A DNA stretch of 64,000 nucleotides from Octopus sinensis (Eukaryota), in assembly GCF_006345805.1 (NCBI RefSeq), contig NC_043001.1, positions 15,562,001 through 15,626,000 of the forward strand, written 5' to 3'. The notes under the pieces are model-generated. The model was not told the origin of the DNA. It ran no database searches and saw only the letters and a list, made by a program, of their open reading frames with translations. The position numbers were made by a program, and so were the translations under genes. The first letter of the stretch is position 1. Each line of letters opens with the position of its first letter. Positions 37,196 through 50,496 of the stretch are shown here, one piece after another.

Positions 37196-37984
37196 ATATT
37201 TGTGTGTGTCTGTGTGTACCCTTGATCTGACATTGTGTGAAAGTTGTAAATGAATGAGCGTCACTGCCAAACAAGCAATGAAGAAATATTACCTTGCTTG
37301 GAAATAGGTGAGTGTGAGCAACAGGAAGGGCATCCAGCTGTAGAAATTATCTGCCTTAATGAATTCCATTCAATGGTTCGACAAGAGCTGCACCAGGCTT
37401 TGGTGTGATTTGTGTGGCACCAGTATTGGCAGGGGTCACCAAATAACTTGCAAGACAAAAGATCCAACTGAGGGGGTGAGAGGTGTTGGGGGAGGGCGGT
37501 CTGTGTTCCAGGCGATGAGAGGTTAGAGAATGAGAGAGACAGAAACGGGTATCTTCAGTTGGAAAGAGGAGAGAGAGAGAATGACAGAGATAGTGGCAAT
37601 GTGCAAGGGAACCCATGTACAAGTCACACCCCTAATTTAGTTTTGAATCTTAGTACAAAATTTTTGGTACTAAATCGTAGGCCTAGTTTTGCCCAATGTA
37701 TGTTGCACTCTAGTTTTTTTTAGTAGAATGCAAGTATAGTCTGTTTTTAAGATTCTTTTTTACAAATCTACTCAGAAGTCAAATATATAGGTATGAGAGT
37801 ACCTTTACATGTGTAAGTATAAATATATTTTTTTTTAGTAATCATCAAAAAATTTCAAAACTTAAATTCCAAAACACAGATTCTGAATTAATCAGAATAT
37901 AAAAAAAATTTAATTACATAAACATTTATAAAAAAAAAAAAGATTGTAGCAAAAATAAAAATAGAAAGTCAAATAATAATAATA

Positions 37985-38540
37985 ATAAATGTCCTGATGC
38001 AGTACCAGGCAGTGGCTCTCTTGGCTTCTCATCTTAACTGATTGGAAGTGTTATCATGTACATTGTTGTGTCTTGGTATAAAAGATGGGCTACAGCAAAT
38101 ATTCTGCTCAATACCACAGATTTGCTTGTCAGTTGTTTGACTGTAACCAGTTGAGCATGTCCCTTGCTGGCTGACTATGTGCATCTCTGATCTTGAGCAG
38201 AATAAGTAGGGGAACACCAAAGCCATGTGTTGAGAGGAATTCTTAGGGGTTTGGATAATTCACCTTTGGAAACATAGGTGTTTTGTCCAACATCCTTAAA
38301 CAACCCTTATTCAGGGACATTTTGAGCGGGATGGGGTACTCAACCTGAAGAAAATTCTAACTGAGCCCCACCTGCAAGGTCATGCGTTGTTTATCTTGAT
38401 GTGAGATCACCATGTTGTGCACATATGGTTGTGATGCATGTTCCTAGTGTACCCTTATCAGACGGTTAGTCATGAGGAGTACAATGGACTTCATATATTT
38501 TACCTAAGTGTCACTTTGATGGCATGCTCTCACTCAATAC
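37985..38540 (-). mobile_element. About 550-bp dispersed repeat of unassigned class (copy 1)
   Basis: Reverse-complement match along its whole length to 54861-55400; bounded by (TAA/TTA)n. Confidence 0.75.
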
Positions 38541-40568
38541 TAATAATGGTTTTAAATTTAGACACAAGGATAGGAATTTTAGTGGAGGAAATATAACCTC
38601 TCTTGGAAATAAATATGTGAGGGTTGGCAACAAAAAGGACATCTGGCCATAGAAAATCTGCTCCAAACGAACTCTTGTTTGACCCATACAAACATGGAAA
38701 AGTGAATGTTGAATGATGAAGATTAAGGTACCATCTGTTCCATATTCGTTCCAAGAACATGGGTCCAATAGAAACATGAAGCAGAGAACAGGCACATGCG
38801 GCGGGTTTGAAAGTGAAAGTAGACAAGTGATGACAAGCTGTATATTTTGCGTAAAGACACGACAGAGATGATCAGGAAGGGGTTAATCAAAATCTTTATA
38901 GGGGTGTGGTGCAAATCTATATGAAGGACTGCTACAAGAGGAATTTTATAAAATTCCCTAAGGGCACTTGTTGCTATATATGGTTGGTTACACACACTCA
39001 AAGAATGGAGTGTTTAATATAAAACTACCTCGTGGGGGCAGCGAGCTGACAATACTTGTTAGCATGTCATTTTGTCAGTCTTTAACTTCAGAGTTCAAAT
39101 GTCTTCAAGGTTGAATTAGCCATTTATCCTTTTGGGTTTGATCAAATAAGTACCAGTTCAGCACTGGTAATCAACCTACTCCTTGCCCTGAATTTGCTGG
39201 CCTTGTGCTCCAAATCTGAAGCCAATATAAAACCATTTCCATTCAATATTAAGCCTCAGCTTCGTCTGAACAGTCTTGTCTTGTAAGTTATTGGTGCTGG
39301 TGGTATGTAAAAAGCACCCAGTACATGCTATGAAGGGGTTGGCATCAGGAAGGGCATCCAGGAGTAGAAACCATGCTAAAGTGACAGAGGAGTATGATAC
39401 AGTCTTTGAGTACATTGGATTCTGTCGAACCATCCATACCATTCCAGAATGGCAAAACAGATGCCAAATGATGAGGAGGATGTATTTGACCAGGGATTTT
39501 CTTGTACAAATGTTACGAACATGCGACTTACAGAAGATATACAGTGACAACATGTAGTGGTTTACGAGTGTGAGCAAGAGTGTGAGTGAGATTATGAGTG
39601 TAAGTGCAGGTCGAGTGACTGCATACATGCATGCACACAGTAACAAACACTTGAAGCCCAGATTCTGATTGTTGCATATTCTCATTTTATATGGTGGAAG
39701 AAGGGTATAATATTGGTCGCAAAATAACTGGTACGGGATCAGCAATTTCAAGGAAGGGGACAGGTTGGTTACATTGACCCCAGTGTTCAACTGGTACTTA
39801 TTTTATCAACCCTCAAAAGGATGAAAGACAAAACAGACCTCGGTGGAATTTGAACTCGCAACGTTATAAAGACAGTTGAAATGCTGCTAAGCATTTTGCC
39901 TGGGGTGTGTTGATGGTTTTGCCAGTTCGTTACCTTAATTAAAGTATATAATACTGAATGAGTTTCATAAGGAGTTATATGAAAGTTAATCAAGCTGGGA
40001 GTTTTAGATAGATAGTCCTTGCCACACATACAGACACACACACACACATTGAATGTTATTAGTTGGAGCTTAACCCGTTAGCATTTAATCTGGTTATATC
40101 TGGCCTTTTATACCGACCCTACAATGTCATTATAAAAATAAGCATTCACATGATCAAAATCTCAAAAGCTATGAGATGATCCAAGATTAATTCTAAACAA
40201 TATCAATAAATAAGGATTACATTTGACGGATTAATCTTAACGCTAAAGGGTTAAACGAAAGAAAAAAAGACAAACAAAAACTCACAAACATTATAAAAAA
40301 ATGGACATACATCAATGACATACATGAGACATTATGTAAAAGAAAAAATAAATAATGGTAAGTTGAGGACTAAAAGGGTTTGATGTTGGCCACTAAACCA
40401 TAAGGGGTTATTTCCTTAATTTTACGGAGCTTCAGCAGCAATATTAGTGTTTAGGGTTTTAGAAATTACTGATATTAGCCAGACACAGAATCAAATAAGA
40501 ATCAAGGTTATTGGATATTTTAGGGGACAATGTCTTGGACGAAGTTAAAAATGCTTTAATTCTCTTAC

Positions 40569-40769
40569 CCCTTTTCATAACTTCCAAGTGTTCCCAAAGT
40601 ATATCACCCACGTAAGGGGGCGCTCTTTCCAGAAAAGCATCTTTACCAAGCTGACACATTTCTTTACCGGTCATGTTGAAACGATCGGTGCGAATGCCAT
40701 TGAGAGCATATTCTTGTCTGACCCATTCCAACCATTGCATCACATTGATTTTGTTCCACTGTACAGGAT
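40569..40769 (-). CDS. ets1: ETS1/Pointed-like gene, PNT (SAM) domain exon (201 nt)
   Basis: (D)PVQWNKINVMQWLEWVRQEYALNGIRTDRFNMTGKEMCQLGKDAFLERAPPYVGDILWEHLEVMKR matches the PNT pattern DPxxW..V..WL.W...EF.L....F.M.G..LC.LGK..FL..AP..VGDILWEHL. Acceptor tattccttAG, donor G|GTAAGA. Confidence 0.96.
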
Positions 40770-40870
40770 CTAAGGAATACATCAGGGTATTTGGACTGTT
40801 AACGCTTCCTCGCTAATGTTATGGCATGGCATAGCATAGCATGGCATTAATGCACACATTTGTCCAAACA

Positions 40871-41110
40871 TACACATATATATTTCTTTACTACCCACAA
40901 GGGGCTAAACACAGAGGACAAACAAGGACAGACAAATGGATTAAGTCGATTACATCGACCCCAGTGCGCAACTGGTACTTAATTTATCGACCTCGAAAGG
41001 ATGAAAGGCAAAGTCGACCTCGGCGGAATTTGAACTCAGAACGTAACGGCAGACGAAATACGGCCACGCATTTCGCCCGGCGTGCTAACGTTTCTGCCAG
41101 CTCGCCGCCT
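40871..41110 (-). mobile_element. Family A SINE, full monomer, about 100 bp upstream of the PNT exon
   Basis: Reverse complement of the 36961 copy. Confidence 0.88.
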
Positions 41111-41969
41111 TACATACACATATATAGACACACTAACATTTGTTCAGACAAAAACATACATATATATACACACTGTAAAGGTACACAAACGCTTGTGAAT
41201 ATATACAACAAATGAAATGAAGAAAGCATGCATACACAAAATGTGTGTGTGTGTGTGTGTGTTTCTGTGTGTGAAACTGGTTTCAATTCCCGGGCTAGGG
41301 AGTACATTGTGTTCTTGAGCAAAACTCTTCATTTCACCTTGCCCTAGTTCACTCGGCTGCAGGTGGGTCCCAGCGAAAGCTGGGAAGTTAGCCCCACAAA
41401 GTGACTGGTGTCCTATCCAGGAAGGAGTATTGTCATCTCAGTCAGTTTATACGGGATGGAAATCGGGTCAAGCTCTGGCCCTGGGAGTCCTAGGATTCAC
41501 GGCAGGCTCAAGACCTGTATATATGAGTCTTTTACTCTTTTACTTGTTTCAGTCATTTGACTGTGGCCATGCTGGAGCACCACCTTTAGTCGAGCAAATC
41601 GCCCCCAGGACTCATTCTGAGTGTGTACAAATATATATATATATATATATATATATTACATGGTCATGTGATTGATCAGTACTATCAGGTGTTATATGTC
41701 GCTGGTCACAATGCGTTTCCCCTTGCGTTAGCTTTTGAATAAGGACACTCTGTTGGCTAGGCAGGCAGGCAGGCCAACAGTCCCCCTCCCAACCCCTGAT
41801 CAGAAGGCTAGTCTATCACAGAGTTACCCATAGACAGCTGAATGGATTGGACAAATGTGAAATGAAGTACCTTGCTCAAGAACATGACAAGGTTCTTGGT
41901 CTGAGAATTGAACCCACAATCTAGCTATCATGAGTACAACATCCTACCACTGGTCCACGCACCTTCACT

Positions 41970-41975
41970 ATGTGT

Positions 41976-42006
<31 letters not shown>

Positions 42007-42051
42007 AGTGTGTGTGAGTGTGTGTGAGTGTGTGTGTGTGTGTGTGAGTGT

Positions 42052-42136
<85 letters not shown>
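41970..42136. repeat. (GT)n microsatellite with GTGA interruptions
   Basis: Read directly from the sequence. Confidence 0.97.
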
Positions 42137-42146
<10 letters not shown>

Positions 42147-42363
42147 TAAAATCAGTCATAAAACATCTATTAAAAACAGCAATAACAACATCTACAACAG
42201 TAACACATATTAGGGCTAGAATGCCTTTGACCAAATATCACCTTGACCAGATCAGGCATAGGGACTAAACAACATTCACAGCAACAACAACATCAACAAA
42301 GACAAACCTCACTAAAAGAAAGAAAAGATAAGGAAGGAAGGAAGGAATAAAGGCGGTACCTAC

Positions 42364-42483
42364 CACGTGGAATATTTAATCGTTGTTGTTCTTTCTCAAA
42401 ACTTTTAAAACTAGCGAAGAGAGCCTGGGACACTTTTTGGGTCGTTCCTGGCGTTAATGGCAAGATGTGATTGTTGGAATAAT
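42364..42483 (-). CDS. ets1: ETS1/Pointed-like gene, exon with MAPK phosphoacceptor (PLTP) and start of the PNT domain; 5' boundary uncertain
   Basis: YSNNHILPLTPGTTQKVSQALFASFKSFEKEQQRLNIPR matches ETS1 LLTP..K.....AL.A.F..F.KEQQRL.IP. Donor G|GTAGGT gives IPR-D-PVQW. Acceptor is either ccattccAG (exon starts 42483) or ctccaAG (42516); both are phase 1. Confidence 0.92.
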
Positions 42484-42983
42484 CTGGAATGGTTAGAGGG
42501 AATAATTGACATGAATCTTGGAGACAGAGAATTGCAAACATCACAGTATACACCCCATCCTTCTCTCTCTCTCCCTCCTTCAACCACCCACCCACCAGAA
42601 CTCGTTTCTAGATTTATATGGAACAAAACAAGCCTCAATGCATTCAACTTGCTAGAAATAGCAACGAAATGTCACTAAAACTACAACCTGTTAGTTTTAA
42701 AAAGGAAAGACATATTGGTTAATTGTAAGGTTACACACACTACACCTGGAGGAAAAAAAAAACCAATATATAAAAAACCTTCAGGACAGAAGGTCATGGT
42801 TGGAATAACTTGGTTGTGTGGTTAAGAAGCTTGCTTCTCAACCATGTGATCTTGGGTTCAGTCCCCCCCCCCGTGTGGCACTTTGGTCAAGAGTTATCTA
42901 TAATAGACCCAGGTTGACCAAAGCCTTGTGAGTGGGTTTGATGGCTGGGGACAAAAATAAGCCCATTATCATCCCCTCCCCCC

Positions 42984-43017
<34 letters not shown>

Positions 43018-43844
43018 GGAGTGGCTGTGGTAAGTAGCTTGCTTTCCAATCACATGGTTCTTGGTTCAGTCCCACTATGTGGCACCTTGGGCAACTGTCT
43101 TCTACTATAGTCTCGGGCCGACCAAAGCCTTGTGAGTGGATTTGGTGGATGGAAACTGAAAGAAGCCTGTCATGTATATGAGTGCGTGCATGTAGACACA
43201 CACACAAAATCCCTGAAGAATTTGAACCCATATGCAAGCCGTTGGGCATCGCTTTGGGTAGGGTTTTTGCCTATCCCCTTTGATGCTGAAAAGAATTCAT
43301 GCCAATGATCTCCTTAAGTACCAGTAATACACTAAGGTTTTGCATGTGTATGTGTATATGTATGTATGTATGTAAAGATGGAAGTAGAGTGAGAGCTTTC
43401 ATACAGATAGACTTGAGCACTGGACCCTACAAACCCCTACATACACACCTTAATGAATGTATGCAATCAAGTGTGGCTGTGTGGTAATAAGTTTGCTTCC
43501 CAACCACATGATTCTAGGTTCAGTCCCATAGTGTGGCAACCTGGGCAATGCACCTTCTATGGCCTCAGGCTGATTAAAGCCTCATGAGTGGATTTTGTAG
43601 ATGGAAACTGAAAGAAGCTTGATATATGTAATGAATGCGTGTGTGTGTGTGGGGGGTTATGTCCATGTAACTTAGTGGTGTGGCAAAGGAGATTGATAGA
43701 ACAAGTACCAGGCTTAGAAAAAGAACAGTATCAGAGTCAGTTCATTCGACTAAAAATTCTTCAAGCGCTGCCCCAGCATGGCCGCAAATTGAAACAAACT
43801 AAAAAACCAAAAGATAAATGAAAGATGCGTATGTATAGGAGTGG

Positions 43845-44190
43845 CTGTGCGGTAAGTAGCTTGCTTACCAACCACATGGTTCCGGGTTCATTCCCACTGC
43901 ATGGCACCTTGGGTAAGTGTCTTGTACTGTAGCCTCAGGCCAACCAAAGCCTTGTGAGTAGATTTGGTAGAAGGAAACTGAAAGAAGCCCGTCGTATATA
44001 TATGTGTGTGTGTGTCTGTGTTTGTCCCCCCACCATCGCTTGACAACCGATGCTGGTTTGATTACGTCCCTGTAACTTAGCAGTTCGGCAAAAGAGACTG
44101 ATAGAACAAGTACTAGGCTTACAAAGAGTAAGTCCTGGGGTTGATTTGCTCGACTAAAGGTAGTGCTCCAGCATGGCCACAGCAAAGGAG
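43845..44190 (+). mobile_element. Family B SINE, full length
   Basis: Same head, core and tail as the 7703 copy. Confidence 0.85.
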
Positions 44191-44699
44191 TAAAGGAGTA
44201 TGTATTTATACTGCATCAATGTTACTTTAACCCCCACTCCACCAACTTTCTGCAACAACAACAACTATTAGATTTATGTCCAAAACAATTACAAAGCAAA
44301 AACAACAAAGGTTTGTGAAATAGAGATTAGGGGTACAGTTGTCCATATGTAAAAATATACATAAATTTTTTTTAAAAATATTTTTTTGTTGGTTTTGCTG
44401 GGTCTGGAGGTTGGCTTTAGACCCTTCTGACCTTCAAAGGACCTCCCCTTCTCTGAGAGAGTAAAAGTGCAACACCAAGTGTATATACGAGTTCAGTTTC
44501 CCTGTATCTTTTGTGTAATCAGTGTGTGTACATGTGTGCTAGCGTGTGTGTATATATGATCATTTCTGAGTGCGTATGTGTACCCCAGGTTTTGTATAAT
44601 CGATAGGTTTTGTATAATTGATGGGCCTTTAAGCACGTTACCTTAAAGCAGTGAATTTGTATTGATATTTGACTCTTCGTGTGTGCATGTGTATATATA

Positions 44700-45064
44700 T
44701 CGCTGTAATGAGTGTGTGTATATTGCTGTAATGTGTGTGTGTGTGTATATTGCTGTAATGTGTGTGTGTGTGTATATTGCTGTAATGTGTGTGTGTGTGT
44801 GTATATTGCTGTAATGCGTGTGTGTGTATATTGCTGTAATGTGTGTGTGTGTGTGTGTATATTGCTGTAATGTGTGTGTGTGTGTATATTGCTGTAATGT
44901 GTGTGTGTGTATATTGCTGTAATGTGTGTGTGTGTGTGTGTGTGTATATATTGCTGTAATGTGTGTGTGTGTGTATATTGCTGTAATGTGTGTGTGTGTG
45001 TATATATTGCTGTAATGTGTGTGTGTGTGTATATTGCTGTAATATGTGTGTGTATATTGCTGTA

Positions 45065-45098
<34 letters not shown>

Positions 45099-45190
45099 TG
45101 CTGTAATATTGTGTGTGTATATTGCTGTAATGTGTGTGTGTGTGTATATTGCTGTAATGTGTGTGTGTGTGTATATTGCAGTAATGTGTG
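44700..45190. repeat. Composite minisatellite (GT)n-ATATTGCTGTAAT, about 18 units with variable (GT)n
   Basis: Read directly from the sequence. Confidence 0.95.
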
Positions 45191-45539
45191 TATATGAGTA
45201 TTTTTCATTCTTCTTTACATGTAATATATATTACACATGGACACAGACAAAATACATAAAAACATCCCTAACATACACACACACACACACACACACAGCA
45301 AATACACAAAAACAAATACAAACGCACACACACATTGTAACGTATATCCTTTAGTAAACACACACGCACAGATTAAACAAAACACTCCCCCACACACACA
45401 TTGTACAGGCGTCCATACACACCTGTCAACAAATACCTGTAAACACACACACACACACACAGCCAGTAGTGAACAATCATTAAAAGGCAAAAATCAATAA
45501 CATATCCCCCACTGAAGCTACCACCCCCACCTCACACAT

Positions 45540-46070
45540 ACACATACAATCACGGACGCACACTCTCACACACGCATACAATCATAGACGCACACTCTCA
45601 CACACACATACAATCACGGACGCACACTCTCACACACGCATACAATCACGGACGCACACTCTCACACACGCATACAATCATAGACGCACACTCTCACACG
45701 CATACAATCATAGACGCACACTCTCACACACACATACAATCACGGACGCACACTCTCACACACGCATACAATCATAGACGCACACTCTCACACACACACA
45801 TACAATCACGGACGCACACTCTCACACACACGCATACAATCATAGACGCACACTCTCACACACACACACATACAATCACAGACGCACACTCTCACACACA
45901 CACATACAATCACAGACGCACACTCTCACACACACACATACAATCAGACGCACACTCTCACACACACACATACAATCACAGACGCACACTCTCACACACA
46001 CACACATACAATCACAGACGCACACTCTCACACACACATACAATCACAGATGCACACTCTCACACACATA
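45540..46070. repeat. Composite minisatellite TACAATCA(C/T)(G/A)GACGCACACTCT(CA)n, about 16 units of 30-36 bp
   Basis: Read directly from the sequence. Confidence 0.95.
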
Positions 46071-48659
46071 AACACAGAGAGGCTATTTTGCAAGGCTAAA
46101 CACACACGAAGAGTTGGCAAGGAATCTTGAAACAATATTTACCGAAGCCACTAAGCCATCGATCAAGAACCAGGTAAAAAGGAGTCAGATCGGTTCTATC
46201 AACAGAATCTCGGCTGGAATCAAAATCGTGGCCTTCAAATCTTTGGAATGCCGACACGATCAAATAAAACCGAAGGTCAGTCACGAAATTAACGAACGCT
46301 GAGTCGTTAAGCCGATAAGTAAACTATTTTAATGTTTTGTTAGACTTGGCAGAAACATCACTCCACCAAACACAAACAAAAAATCAAAAAAAAAAATCAA
46401 TTCAATAAAAAGAGGAACAACAAATAATGGGTTTCTGATGAGCCTTAAAGTGCTGCACAAGTAGAGTTAATTCACTTGTTTGACAACAGAATTTACAACC
46501 ATCACATGATGTTAAGACAAGATGTTGTGTCAATCACGTATTACAAGGGCCTTCTCTTTGTCTCTGCCTAGCAAATCCACTCTCAAGGTTTTGGCCAGCT
46601 CAGCGCCATAGTAGAAGATTCCAGATAATGAAATTTGCAGCTAACACTTTCGAACATTGGGCCTCACCAAGGCAATGACAAATGACCGAGACCTTCAGAG
46701 ATATGCCTGTGCTTGAGAAGATACGGCAACCCAAGTGAGACTATAACCCAAGGCCTATGCCAGTGCTGTATAACCAGCCCATTTAAGAGTACCCTTCAAT
46801 CATTGGACAATAAACTATGCTTGTGAAGACCTGTTGTGGCCGACAACAGTACCGCCTGATTGGCACCTGTACCAGTGGAATGTTTAAAGCACCATTCGAG
46901 TGTGATCGTTGCCAGGGCCTCTGACAGGCTCCCATGCCAGTGGCACATAAAAAAAAGGAACATTTGAGCGTGGTTGTTGCCAGTGCCGCCGGACTGGCTC
47001 CTGTGCAGGTGGCATGTAAAAAGCACCATTTGAGTGTGATCAATGCCAGTACCACCTGACTGGCCCTCGTGCCAGTGGCAATTAAAAGCAGCCATTACAC
47101 TCTCAGAGTGGTTGGCATTAGGAAGGACATCCAGCTGTAGAAACCTTTGCCAGATCAGATTGGAGACTGGTGCAGCCTACTGGCTTGCCAGTCCTCAGTC
47201 AAACCATCCAACCCATGCCAACATGGAAAGTGGATGTTGAACGATGATGATTTTTCCATTCTTTCATGGGTTAAATGGAATTTGCCAAGACAAATTTTCT
47301 AATGCTAGGTACCCCTCCTGTGGCCAACATTCATTCATTACCAAGTATGATAATATTTCCCCGTGGGCATGTGTGTTTTAACAGATAACATAATTGGCAT
47401 TCTGTCGAATCACAACAACAAGGGTTCCAGTTGACTGGATCAACGGAACAGCTTGCTAGTGAAATTAACATGGAAGTGGCTGAGTACTCCATAGACACTC
47501 ATACCCTTAATGTAGCTTTCAGGGAGATTCAACACGACACAGGATGTAACAATGCTGGCCCTTTAAAATACAGGTACAACTCATTTTTGCCAGCTGTGTG
47601 GAAATGGAGCAACATGAAATAAAGTGTCTTGCTCAAGAACACAACATGCAGCCCGGTCTGAGAATTGAACTCATAACCGCACGATCATAAGCTCGATGTT
47701 CTAACCACTGAGCCATGCGCCTTCATATACATATATATCATACTTTTTGTTCCATTTTTTTTGTACCACCTACAATTTGGATATGCTACTGGGAATTGAA
47801 CTTACGAGCTGACTACCCTAACCACCAAGCCACCTGCCTTCGCAGAAGACTAGAAACAAACGACCCCGCTTGTATGATGGTGATACTCATTTACAACTAT
47901 CATGTGATGATGACAAGGAGACACATACAATACATGAGAGGATTCTTTCAGTTTCCATACACCAAATCCCTCACAAGGTTTCGATTAGTCTAGCACAAGA
48001 CACCTGAGTTGCCATGCAGTGTGACTGAACCTGAAACCATGTGGTTCACAAGCGAACATCTTAACCACACAGCTATGCTTCTGCATGCATGCATGTGTGT
48101 AACTCCGTGTTTGTCTTGCCATATTCGACAACCAGTGTTGGTTAACGTTCCTGTAACTTAGCAGTTTGGCAAATAGAAAACAATAAAATAAGTACCAGAC
48201 TTATAGACAAGTACTTAAGTTGGTTCCGTTGACCAAATCCTTTGAAGTAGTGCTCCAGTATGGCCACAGTCCAATGACAGAAGCCGATGAGAATAAATGA
48301 ATTCTCACACAGGACACACACTTTAGGAATTACACTTTCCATGGAAACATAATACCAAACAGAGAACTATCTCCAGCCTCCCTGTATTCCAAGGTACACT
48401 GGGGTAATTACGGTGGGTGGTGGGTGGGGAAGACACAACAGCAGAGACCTTTTACCAGAAAGATAAGTTAATGGCAGCTAGAGACAGACTTACAACAATA
48501 AGTGTGTGTGTGTGTATATATGTGGGTGTGAGTGTCTGTATGCGTGTGCGTATGAGGGGGGTGGGGAGATGTGCTTCTTTGACATTTTATCAAAATTTCA
48601 CCTTCACCGCACTCCACTGCACACCCATTCATGAGCCACCTCCATCGTTTGTTTTCCAC

Positions 48660-48726
<67 letters not shown>

Positions 48727-48839
48727 GTGCGCACATGCAATGCAGCACAGCTTTTTTAATAAGATATGCACCATCAACTTGCACAGACAACTTTATGCGA
48801 CAAACACTATAACCACCACCACCACAACCACAACAATTG

Positions 48840-49130
48840 CTTACAAACTACTACTACTACTACTACTGCTGCTACTACTACTTCTACTGCTGCTGCTACT
48901 ACTATTATTATTACTGCTACTACTACTACTGCTGCTTCTACTACTACTTCTACTACTACTGCTACTTCTACTACTACTACTGCTACTTCTACTATTACTT
49001 CTACTACTACTACTGCTTCTGCTACTACTGCTTCTGCTACTACTGCTACTTCTACTACTACTGCTTCTACTACTACTGCTACTACTACTACTACTTCTAC
49101 TACTACTGCTACTACTACTACTACTACAGT
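48840..49130. repeat. Interrupted trinucleotide microsatellite (TAC/TGC/TTC)n
   Basis: Read directly; it explains the poly-L, poly-T, poly-Y and poly-V ORFs. Confidence 0.97.
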
Positions 49131-49415
49131 CAGTACCATATCTACAGTATGTGTGTGTGTATTACACATACACTACAAATGTCACCACTGTTACTATTGG
49201 TACTGATACAACTAGTATAAGTAGTAGCACTAGTAATAATAACAATAATAACCCTTTCTATTATAGGTACAAGGCCTGACATTTTTGGGAGAGGGGACCA
49301 GATGATTACATTGACCCCAGCACTCAACTGGTACTTATTTTATCAACCCTGAAAGGATGAAGGGTAAAGTTGACCTCGGCAGAACTTGAAAAACAATAAT
49401 AATAATAACAACAAC

Positions 49416-49473
49416 ATTCAGACTGTCAGAGTAACAGAAGCTAGAAGGCCTGATTTAGTAGTAGTAGTAGTAA

Positions 49474-49506
<33 letters not shown>

Positions 49507-49875
49507 ATAAAGAGAATAGAAAATGCCAGATAGTTGACTTTATCATCCCAAATGATGGCAAAAAAAATAACAGTATGAGGGGTATAGCAAAAAAATAGCA
49601 AAGTACCAGGACTTAGCGATTGAATTACAGAAACTGTGGAAAGTGTGGGTAAAATGTATCCCCGTACTTTTTTAGGTGCATTGGGAACTATTCCTGAAGA
49701 TCTGAACAGAGGAAATAGGTATAAAACCCAGTTTAGTACTACAGTTCCAGAAAACGGTGTTATTAGGGACAGCTAGGATACTTAGGAGGGTTCTTTGCAT
49801 CTAAGGTTACTTGTAGTCTGATATTATGATTTTTTTTCTTTTCCAACAGTCTAATCTGTTGTGCATATATATGAA
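49416..49875 (+). mobile_element. 3' fragment of an R4/Dong-clade non-LTR retrotransposon (restriction-like endonuclease domain)
   Basis: Conceptual translation across frameshifts: RRPDLVV..DKENRKCQIVDFIIPND...KYQDLAIELQKLWKV...GALGTIP...QKTVLLGTARILRRVL*, the PD-(D/E)xK RLE pattern. Flanked by (TAA)n tracts. Confidence 0.8.
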
Positions 49876-50120
49876 TAATAATAATAATAATAATAAAATT
49901 TTTTTTTCTACTCTAGGTACGTACAAGGCCCGAAATTTTGCAACTGGTATTTAACTTATTGACCCCCAAAAGGACGAAGGCAAAGTCGACCTCGGCGGAA
50001 TTTGAACTCAGAACATAAAGACAGACAAAATACCGCTAAGCATTTTGCTTGGCATGCTTAACGTTTCTGCCATTTCACTCCCTTGATAAAATTAATAATA
50101 ATAATAATGATAATAATAAT

Positions 50121-50496
50121 AAGAGCACTCAGAGAGTGCAAACCTCCCCCAAAGCAACACCAAGGTCCTCTCAACGATTAGCCGACGATTTTCAAAATGA
50201 GAATATCTGAAATTAACTTGACCACTCTCACAAATGAGAAAAGTGAAAACAAACCCGACCGCTTGCAAAAATGAAGTTAAAAATTTTTTTTAAATACAGG
50301 AGAGATAATCCAGAATCTTTGTCCAGTACCGGATCGATCCCAAAATCTAATCTGTTCGTGCTAGTCACGAGGCCCAAACATCCCTGAAAGTTTCATCTGA
50401 ATCCATCCAGTGGTTCTTGAGATATCTTGTCCATGGACAAACAAACAAACAAACACGACTGAAAACAATACCTCTGCCTTAGCTAAGGCAGAGGTA
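50121..50496 (+). mobile_element. Helentron-associated (HINE-like) non-autonomous element
   Basis: 5' short inverted repeat GCACTC-AGA-GAGTGC, internal (AAAC)n, and a perfect 28-bp 3' palindrome TACCTCTGCCTTAGCTAAGGCAGAGGTA (50469-50496); embedded in (TAA)n. Confidence 0.6.

Noticed and set aside
48665-49279. Poly-Leu, poly-Thr, poly-Tyr and poly-Val ORFs
   Set aside because: Translation of a trinucleotide microsatellite.
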